A stretch of DNA of 41,658 nt from a virus: the IMG/VR virus record IMGVR_UViG_3300050490_000017. One strand, written 5' to 3'. The position numbers and the translations under genes are program-made. Each line of letters begins with the position of its first letter. The first letter of the stretch is position 1. Below the pieces are notes generated by a model. The model saw nothing but the letters and a program-made list of their open reading frames with translations. It had not been told where the DNA came from and searched no databases. This document shows, piece after piece, positions 1 to 6,488 of this stretch.

Positions 1-127
1 GGCCGCCTGCTTTAAACCATCGAGACGTATCCCGGCGGCCTATAGTACGGATCAAGAAAGGGAGTGAGGAAGGTCGCGAGTGGGCCCGACATGTCGATAT
101 GCGCTTGGACTGTCGGGTGGATGTTGT
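1..127. repeat. Terminal direct repeat, identical to 41532-41658 (circular-contig overlap or terminal redundancy)
   Basis: Read directly. Both copies run from ggccgcctgctttaaacc to ctgtcgggtggatgttgt and are 127/127 identical by eye. Confidence 0.95.
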
Positions 128-1274
128 CAGAATATGTCGCGGGGTCGCCCTGATAAGGCCGTCCGTCGTAGGCGCCGTCACAATAACCATCAGCGCCGGC
201 CAGGAGCCAGTTGTTATAATCGGTCTTCACCGTATTCATGGCGCCGGTAAAGGTGCCACGGTTGAGGCAGCAACTGGCGAGCATCAGAACGGGAAGACCG
301 TACGGGCCGATCGTCGTCTTAGTCTTCGTAGCGCATGCGATGAAGTCGGTCTGCATGCTAACAAGCGATCGGCTTGCCGCGATATCGTTCGTGGCAAGCT
401 GCATCATCACCCATGTCAGGTATTCAATATCAGTCCACTGCAGCGGAGCGAGCGCAGGTGTGTTGTTCTGCATCTTGTTGGCGTCGAGCGCGCAGAACAT
501 CCACGGCATGACAACGCCATTGACGTTGTTCAGCGCGCGCTTGATGTAGCCGCCTGTCGTCGACGTGTTCGTGTCGTTGAGATACTGCGCGATGCTGTCA
601 CCAACAACGCGGCCGGCGGCCATGGGAGCGTCTGGGATGCCGCTGATCATCCAGGGCCAGCATGTGTTGCCGCCGCCCGATCCTGATGCGTTCATGGCAC
701 CGTTGCCGTTAACCTGAGCGCCGCCGACAGTTCGGAAGCCCTGCGATGACGGCCCATTCATGTTCATGCCGTTGATGTTGTCTAGGGCTGGGTCGAAGAC
801 GCCAGTCGATGCATTCTTGACGGTGCGCGTGGCGCGCGTGAATATAGAGCTGCCAGCCGCAAGAAGATTGCCTGGAACCGGAATTATGTCCGTAGCTATT
901 TTGCCGCCCGCGAGCATGTCTTTCGATATAGCTCCAGCGTCATAGGTAGCCGGAGTGGTCGTTGCACCCTGCTCAAGCGCCCTTCGCCAGATGCTCGTAG
1001 CCGCAGGGGAAGACACCTCGGCGCCGCCGCCCGAGTTAATCCGGATCTGGATATCGTGAATGATAGGATCGCGGCAGTTAGCGGGGCCGATGACATGGCC
1101 GTTTCTGATCTGGTTTGCCGTATATGAACCGCCTGCTGCCATTAAGGTTGGGGCAAGGTTAGGTTCGGCGCAGAAGCTGGCAATAAGCTGCCGCTGTGTG
1201 GGGGCCGGGTGCACCACGCCTCCGGCGCCGCCGACGCCAGTAAGCGCCAGGTTCAGTCCAAGCATGAGACTCAT
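12..1274 (-). CDS. SGNH/GDSL-type esterase domain protein (420 aa), last gene of the lysis/tail transcription unit
   Basis: From ORF 12..1385. Start moved to ATG 1274 (MSLMLGLNL), which overlaps the o-spanin stop as ATGA. SGNH-like blocks are visible in the translation: VVGDSIAQ (GDS), QLATNDI (xND) and SDNIHPT (DxxH). Confidence 0.6.
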   Translation of the reverse strand: MSLMLGLNLALTGVGGAGGVVHPAPTQRQLIASFCAEPNLAPTLMAAGGSYTANQIRNGHVIGPANCRDPIIHDIQIRINSGGGAEVSSPAATSIWRRALEQGATTTPATYDAGAISKDMLAGGKIATDIIPVPGNLLAAGSSIFTRATRTVKNASTGVFDPALDNINGMNMNGPSSQGFRTVGGAQVNGNGAMNASGSGGGNTCWPWMISGIPDAPMAAGRVVGDSIAQYLNDTNTSTTGGYIKRALNNVNGVVMPWMFCALDANKMQNNTPALAPLQWTDIEYLTWVMMQLATNDIAASRSLVSMQTDFIACATKTKTTIGPYGLPVLMLASCCLNRGTFTGAMNTVKTDYNNWLLAGADGYCDGAYDGRPYQGDPATYSDNIHPTVQAHIDMSGPLATFLTPFLDPYYRPPGYVSMV

Positions 1275-1600
1275 TGGCTTTTCCCGTATTTCGATTTCAC
1301 ATCGTCGTAGAATTTGGCACAGAGGCCCGTACGCGCGTCTTGCTCGTCGGCCGCCGTCATCCACCGGACCTGCACGGCAAACCACTCGTCGCCTTCCTGC
1401 GGGCTAATGCGGCGCATCTTGCCCCTGCACTTCGGTGGGAGGTCGGGAAGGTTGGTTGCGCTCTCCGCGACAGCTTTCTGAGACGACGCACGCGAAAGCC
1501 GCTCATCGAGGTTTGCGCACCCGCTCAACACGATCGAGATCATCGCGAGTGACGCGAGAACCGCCGCCCTTGTTGCCGGCAATCGCCTGTTCATCAGCAT
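1271..1600 (-). CDS. o-spanin (outer-membrane lipoprotein spanin subunit)
   Basis: 109 aa. Signal peptide with lipobox VLSG-C (MLMNRRLPATRAAVLASLAMISIVLSGC). The gene starts inside the 3' end of the i-spanin gene (98-nt overlap). It lies directly after the endolysin. Confidence 0.75.
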   Translation of the reverse strand: MLMNRRLPATRAAVLASLAMISIVLSGCANLDERLSRASSQKAVAESATNLPDLPPKCRGKMRRISPQEGDEWFAVQVRWMTAADEQDARTGLCAKFYDDVKSKYGKSQ

Positions 1601-1871
1601 CGCGCCTCTTCTGAGCTTCGATATCGAGTTGTTCGGATTCTTTGTCGGCCTGTTCGCGGATCTGCTGGCCCATGATGATGTCGCGCTCGAGCTTCTTCAC
1701 CCGGGCGTCAGATGCGTCTTTCTCGGATTGCAGGACATAGCCTGAGAGAACTGCCTTATCGTGCTCATGGAGCCACCAGCGGAAGCCGCCAATGAGAGCC
1801 GCGAGAAGCAGGAGGCCGCCGACGATAGAACCAATCCACCTTCCAATCGGCGTGGCAAGGAAGGCGAGCAT
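1503..1871 (-). CDS. i-spanin (inner-membrane spanin subunit)
   Basis: From ORF 1503..1955. Start moved to ATG 1871 (MLAFLATPIGRW), which forms an ATGA overlap with the endolysin stop. It has an N-terminal TM helix followed by a charged coiled-coil segment. Confidence 0.7.
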   Translation of the reverse strand: MLAFLATPIGRWIGSIVGGLLLLAALIGGFRWWLHEHDKAVLSGYVLQSEKDASDARVKKLERDIIMGQQIREQADKESEQLDIEAQKRRDADEQAIAGNKGGGSRVTRDDLDRVERVRKPR

Positions 1872-2335
1872 CAGATGCCATCCAAGCAGAACTGACGTTC
1901 CTTCTGCCGGCGACGGGTGAGCCCGGGGAAGACGATGCCGGCGGCGCGGTTCCACCTCAGAAGAGCTTCACAGCCTTCAGCGGTCTTGCCTTGGTTGATG
2001 AGCTTGACGGCAGTGGAGCCGCACGCAGCCCGAATGCCGACGTTGTAGGCGAATGAAGTGAGAGCCACGAAACGAGCGTCTGGCAGAGGAACGCGGGTGC
2101 ACCCCTCGATGCCCTTGGCGTAGGTTTGCAGTTCCAGAGACAGCATCGCCTTGCACTGCTCGATGGTCTTGTGGTCGCCGGGTTTCACGCCGTTGGTAGA
2201 CCCGTAACAGATCGTCCACGGCTGCCCCTGCGTGGCCGGGTCAGGATAGGCGTTCTGCCGAAGCCCTTCGAAGCTTCCGACCAGAGCCACAGCCATTGCA
2301 GCCGCAGCGCTACCCTTCTGTAGGCGGTTTGCCAT
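1871..2335 (-). CDS. Endolysin, GH24 (T4/P21-type) lysozyme with a probable SAR N-terminus
   Basis: 154 aa. Carries the GSFEGLRQNAYPD....WTICYG catalytic E-D-T pattern. The weakly hydrophobic N-terminus GSAAAAMAVALVG resembles a signal-anchor-release segment. Confidence 0.9.
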   Translation of the reverse strand: MANRLQKGSAAAAMAVALVGSFEGLRQNAYPDPATQGQPWTICYGSTNGVKPGDHKTIEQCKAMLSLELQTYAKGIEGCTRVPLPDARFVALTSFAYNVGIRAACGSTAVKLINQGKTAEGCEALLRWNRAAGIVFPGLTRRRQKERQFCLDGI

Positions 2336-2564
2336 TCAAATCCCCTGATACTTTCTGTTGAACGAAGATGCGGGCGATGATCGCCGCGACGGCTAAGAGG
2401 CCGGTGATCGCCGACATGGCGAGCTGGATGTAGATGTTCCTTGCCACCCATGTCGCAGCGACGAAGGTGTAGATTGGCTCAAGGATGATGAAGAACAGCG
2501 CCAGGACCATCAGCCGGATCGACCAGGCGTGCTTGACGACCGCGCGCCAGTTGTTGACGAGCAT
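2310..2564 (-). CDS. Holin (multi-TM small membrane protein)
   Basis: From ORF 2310..2624. Start moved to ATG 2564 (MLVNNWRAV), which has a GGAG 8 nt upstream. The first 20 codons of the tracked ORF are the terminator hairpin. Three hydrophobic segments are present. The gene overlaps the endolysin start by 26 nt. Confidence 0.6.
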   Translation of the reverse strand: MLVNNWRAVVKHAWSIRLMVLALFFIILEPIYTFVAATWVARNIYIQLAMSAITGLLAVAAIIARIFVQQKVSGDLNGKPPTEG

Positions 2565-2591
2565 GGATAGGCTCCAGATTGTGGATACGGC

Positions 2592-2618
2592 AAAGAAAAA
2601 GGCGCCCCGAAGAGCGCC
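2592..2618 (-). terminator. Intrinsic terminator between the tail module and the lysis cassette
   Basis: The minus-strand RNA reads GGCGCUC-UUCG-GGGCGCC, a 7-bp stem (including one G-U pair) with a UUCG tetraloop. It is followed by UUUUUCUUU. Confidence 0.7.
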
Positions 2619-2648
2619 ATGCATCGTCCAGACGTGAGGAACGAAGGT

Positions 2649-3188
2649 TCAGGGAATAATGTCAAACCCTCTTGCCTTGATCCGCCCCTTGATGGTCAGC
2701 ACTGGGTCGTTGTTCGTCGGGTCAAGCCTGATTTCGACAGCGGTAACACCGCCGATGATCAGGTGAATAGGCAGAGGCGTGGCGCCGTCCCATGCGAGCG
2801 ATCCGACCTCGATGCAATCCGGTTTGATCCCGACGCGGGCCGATCTGGTCGGAAGTCCTTCATGGTCGATGGTGCTTCTGTCCATGACATCGACCCAGGC
2901 GTAGCCGTTGGCGGGATGCGGGGTGCAGTTGTTGCCGGGAGCGATATCGAGCGCCATCGTATGAAGCTCGTTGTTAGGGTGGATCTCCGCAACCGTGATC
3001 TTGGCCGGCTGCGTTGCGGGGCGATCCCGGAAGCCATAGGTAGTGTATGCCCAACGAAGAGACGCTGCGATCGTGTCGATAAGTGCCATTGCTTGTGCCT
3101 TTGAAGTTAAGATGGGGATGGATAAGGCGATCATTCCCGCCTTAGCGAGGAAGGCCCGCCGATGGATTCCGGTGATCTTCTCAATCAA
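2649..3188 (-). CDS. Tat-signal (twin-arginine) exported protein, function unknown
   Basis: 179 aa with a TTG start. The N-terminus MIEKITGIHRRAFLAKAGMIALSIPILTSKAQA-M matches the S/T-R-R-x-F-L-K motif, followed by an h-region and an AxA cleavage site. Confidence 0.65.
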   Translation of the reverse strand: MIEKITGIHRRAFLAKAGMIALSIPILTSKAQAMALIDTIAASLRWAYTTYGFRDRPATQPAKITVAEIHPNNELHTMALDIAPGNNCTPHPANGYAWVDVMDRSTIDHEGLPTRSARVGIKPDCIEVGSLAWDGATPLPIHLIIGGVTAVEIRLDPTNNDPVLTIKGRIKARGFDIIP

Positions 3189-3204
3189 TCGAGGATTGTC
3201 CTAG

Positions 3205-4296
3205 TTAAACTGTACCTCGATTATCAACCCAGCCGATTGTTGCCAAGGTGAACGCTGAAATAGCCCCAGAATTAATGATCACAGCGATATATATCTGTGC
3301 AGATGTGTTGGTTTCGAAATGAGCCGGCAAGATATCGTGAGCCGTTGACGCCGTGTTCGCCAGGGATGTCGTGAACACACGTATCGCGGTGTTTGTCGTC
3401 GCGCCCTCCCAGGCTGAACCGATGTCAAATTTTGCATCGGTGCTGGCCGTTCCCGTTGCCATATCAGCAGCCATAATGGGGAATACATTGATACCTGTCG
3501 GGACGCTCAGCGCGAACAGCGCCGAGGCAAGGGCTGACGTCGAGCTTCTGTCTGTCTTGCCCACCCTCCTGAAGATGTTTCCGGTTTGCTTGAAGACGAC
3601 GATTGCCGCGCTTTCGCGGATGATGGAGCCGATGCGGCGCTTCCGGTCATAGTTCGTCGGCATCGTCGGAGACGTGGCAGAGGTAGAAAACAAGGCATCG
3701 ACAACGCCGGTATCGGACCTCTGGATAAGCCACACATGATACGTGGTGTTGGCTATTGCACCAGTATCGAGGCCGCCGGCATTTGTGCCGACTGCCCACG
3801 CCGCATCGAGCCGCTTGGTAAGGCCGGATGCCAATATCATGAGGTAAGGGGTCGCGCCATCGCTCGCAGCCGATCCAACCGCAATGTCAATATCATTCGT
3901 CGCGTCGGAGCCGTTGTTGGACAGCGTGAGGCCGTGGAGATACCCCTGTATGCCAAGGCCAGATATGACGGTGGACGTGATCTCTCCAGTTATCGATACT
4001 CCAGTAGGAGAGAAAGAAACCATCTCGATGCCGTTGCCGGAAAAGCCGATGGTGTTTGCCGCTTTCCTGTAGATGCCGGTGTCCGTATCGGAGCTGAACG
4101 TCAGCGCAGGCAGCGGCGCCGTACCATTTTGCAACGGAAGCGGCGCGTTCATCCCGGCCTGCCCGTCGCGAGGCAGGGAGTTCGTAAGCTGATCCGCGAC
4201 GTCGTCGAAGTTCGCGTTGACTTCGTCCGGGTCAGCTATCGTATCGATGACGAATGTGTTAATAACGGAACTGGTCCCGCTGCCGTTTCTTGGCAT
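3205..4296 (-). CDS. Tail fibre / receptor-binding protein
   Basis: 363 aa. The N-terminus (NANFDDVADQLTNSLPRDGQAGMNAPLPL..PALTFSSDTDTGIYR) is the conserved phage tail-fibre N-terminal pattern seen in alphaproteobacterial phages. The C-terminus is variable and S/T/A-rich. A GAGG RBS lies 7 nt upstream. Confidence 0.7.
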   Translation of the reverse strand: MPRNGSGTSSVINTFVIDTIADPDEVNANFDDVADQLTNSLPRDGQAGMNAPLPLQNGTAPLPALTFSSDTDTGIYRKAANTIGFSGNGIEMVSFSPTGVSITGEITSTVISGLGIQGYLHGLTLSNNGSDATNDIDIAVGSAASDGATPYLMILASGLTKRLDAAWAVGTNAGGLDTGAIANTTYHVWLIQRSDTGVVDALFSTSATSPTMPTNYDRKRRIGSIIRESAAIVVFKQTGNIFRRVGKTDRSSTSALASALFALSVPTGINVFPIMAADMATGTASTDAKFDIGSAWEGATTNTAIRVFTTSLANTASTAHDILPAHFETNTSAQIYIAVIINSGAISAFTLATIGWVDNRGTV

Positions 4297-4317
4297 CGCT
4301 GTACCTCATACTTGGAG

Positions 4318-4494
4318 ATGTTTTTGAAGCAGATCGATCACGACCCGAATGAGAATGTGAAATTCCCCGACTATGGGGATCGCCAGTGGGCGAAGAAGAA
4401 ATTCGGTGAGAACCCGAAGCCTGCCGATCTTTTCTTTTATATTTTGCCGACTGCGGCGGTTGCTATCGCGCTGTATCTGTTCCGCGGCTATTAG
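4318..4494 (+). CDS. Small tail-anchored membrane protein (58 aa) encoded antisense inside the structural operon
   Basis: Sequence MFLKQIDHDPNENVKFPDYGDRQWAKKKFGENPKPADLFFYILPTAAVAIALYLFRGY. It fills the 194-bp gap between two minus-strand genes. Hand-counted GC3 is 38/58 in a locally lower-GC stretch. It is the 3' end of tracked ORF 3586..4494. Confidence 0.5.
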   Translation: MFLKQIDHDPNENVKFPDYGDRQWAKKKFGENPKPADLFFYILPTAAVAIALYLFRGY

Positions 4495-6488
4495 CGACTT
4501 GGCGCAGTGCTTCCGGCGCCGATGAGAGCGTTGACGATTGCTTGTTGAGCCCGCGTAAGCGTTTCCCCTTTACGGACAGCCGCCGCCAGTTCAGCCCGCG
4601 CCTGCGTCGGTTCAGACTGCAGAAGCATGCGAGCGATCATATCCCTCGTGCCTTGGTTTCTTCCCTGCACGGCATTGACGCCACGCTGCAGCGCCTGCAT
4701 GCCGGCAGAACGAAAGTTGCCCGTCAAGGCATTGCCGGCGATCCCGAGCATGGTCGGGTCGAAACCCATCATCTCTGTCGCATCAGCAAGGTTGTCAGCC
4801 GTGCGAGAGCCGCCAAGAGCTTGGTTGGCTGTCTCGAACATGCGCTGTTCACGGGCAATTCGTTCGCCCATGACATCGCCTCGGCCTGGAGCCGCGAAGG
4901 CCGGGAACTCCTGCTCTGTCTTGCCGGTGATCAGTGCGCGGGCCTTGTTCGTCGTCGGAGACATCGAGGCGGCTTCGGTACGGGCGATTAGAGGGTCAAC
5001 ATAACCAACGCGGAACGGCTGTTGCTGATCCGGCTGCAACTGGTTGAAGCCCTCGATGTTGTCTGCTGCCCTTGTCCTCGACGAGGAAGCGGCCGCGCCT
5101 TGGTCGATCGCGCCGATGGCCTGGCTTTCGCGACGGAACTGATCGCGCGCTGCAGCGTATGGTTCTGACGCTGTGGCGAGGGAATCGTCCAGCGCGTTTC
5201 TGATCGGGATAAGCTCTCGCTGGATCGTTGGATTGGCTCTTGCCGTCTCGATCATCGAATCCAACTCACGCTTGGCTCGGAGAGCGGCGTTGAAATCGGT
5301 GAGAACAGAATTGCCATCGGTTAGGTAGCCGCGGGCTCTCCTTACGGCGCCTTCGATGCTGTCATCGGCGATGTTCGTGAGCGGGGCGCTGCCGCCCTGG
5401 CCTAGGAATGTGTCCGCCTGATTGATCGCTGCAGTCGGGTCAACCGTTCCGGCCGACTGGCGCACGGCAGCATAGTTCGCATCAGCGGCGGCGTCTCTGG
5501 CTTCCGTCATGGCTGTTCTGGTCTGAGCGGCTGTCTGCGGAGCGTCAAAGCCCTCAGAGAGCGCATTGACAAGGCGATCGGTCTGCCCTGCCTGGCGGCG
5601 CTGGAGCTGTTCGGCAATCTGCTGGCGCATATCTCCCGGCGAGCGCGCTACACCCGTCAGCATGCGTTGGCCAGAATTGCCCAGCGCATCGGCGACCATG
5701 TATTCCGGTTGGCCTTGCTGCCCTGCGCGCATCACCTCGTCGGCCACATCGTCGGCGCTGCGGCCGGATCTCATGAGCGCTTCCGCTATGGCGTTCTGAG
5801 CGCGCGTCGTATTACCGAGGCCCATCATCGAGCCAATGGCACTGGCTGTGCCGCCGACAAGCGATGTCACCGGGCGCGCGGCCGCACCAACAGCACCCCC
5901 GATCAGCGCTGGGATGCCGATATCCTGATCATGCCCATAGGCAGACAGTGCGCCTTGTGCCGTGCCGGATGCAGCATCTGCGGCCATGCTGCCCAAATAG
6001 CTGCCCCTTATAGCTTGGGCGACCCTTGGTGCCACTTGAGACACAGCTTCGCCTGCAAGGCGGTTGACAGCCGTGCCTCCGTGGATAGCCCCGCCGACAG
6101 AGGCGATCGCATTCGCGGTCGGGTGCTCTTCTTGGTACTGCTGGCGAGCGTTCTGATATTGCCCGCGGATCGTGTTGTATTCCTCACCGACTGATTTATC
6201 CGTGAACGGCGCACGGATGATCGCGTTCGCTCCGGCGGCTGCCTTGCCAGGAAGGCCAAACCCAAGGTCATCCACATAGACAGAAGAGGCGTCGACCTTT
6301 TGGCTTCCGGTATCGAGAGTGGCGTGCGGCTTCGGTTTGGCTGCTTCTCGCTGTGCATCCAATTGGCCGTAGATGAGGGAACGCAGTTCTTCGCCAGTCT
6401 GAGGCGTAGCAGACGCTTCCGCTGCTTTCTGACGAGCGCGGGCCAGCACAAGTGCCCGCTGCTGCTCGACGGTCATTTCTTCAGCCAT
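4491..6488 (-). CDS. Large internal virion / ejection protein (665 aa)
   Basis: The size, the position between the lysozyme-domain ejection protein and the tail fibre, and the A/G/Q-rich composition are typical of podovirus internal core proteins. No specific motif was recognised. Confidence 0.45.
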   Translation of the reverse strand: MAEEMTVEQQRALVLARARQKAAEASATPQTGEELRSLIYGQLDAQREAAKPKPHATLDTGSQKVDASSVYVDDLGFGLPGKAAAGANAIIRAPFTDKSVGEEYNTIRGQYQNARQQYQEEHPTANAIASVGGAIHGGTAVNRLAGEAVSQVAPRVAQAIRGSYLGSMAADAASGTAQGALSAYGHDQDIGIPALIGGAVGAAARPVTSLVGGTASAIGSMMGLGNTTRAQNAIAEALMRSGRSADDVADEVMRAGQQGQPEYMVADALGNSGQRMLTGVARSPGDMRQQIAEQLQRRQAGQTDRLVNALSEGFDAPQTAAQTRTAMTEARDAAADANYAAVRQSAGTVDPTAAINQADTFLGQGGSAPLTNIADDSIEGAVRRARGYLTDGNSVLTDFNAALRAKRELDSMIETARANPTIQRELIPIRNALDDSLATASEPYAAARDQFRRESQAIGAIDQGAAASSSRTRAADNIEGFNQLQPDQQQPFRVGYVDPLIARTEAASMSPTTNKARALITGKTEQEFPAFAAPGRGDVMGERIAREQRMFETANQALGGSRTADNLADATEMMGFDPTMLGIAGNALTGNFRSAGMQALQRGVNAVQGRNQGTRDMIARMLLQSEPTQARAELAAAVRKGETLTRAQQAIVNALIGAGSTAPSR

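Noticed and set aside
3205-4296. Diversity-generating retroelement acting on the tail fibre (as in some temperate podoviruses)
   Set aside because: There is no reverse-transcriptase ORF anywhere in the genome. I found no template/variable repeat pair matching the 3' end of the fibre gene.
3586-4317. Upstream 244 codons of the 302-aa plus-strand ORF 3586..4494
   Set aside because: This part is antisense to the tail-fibre gene and is R-rich nonsense. Only the terminal 58 codons, which lie in the intergenic gap, look coding.
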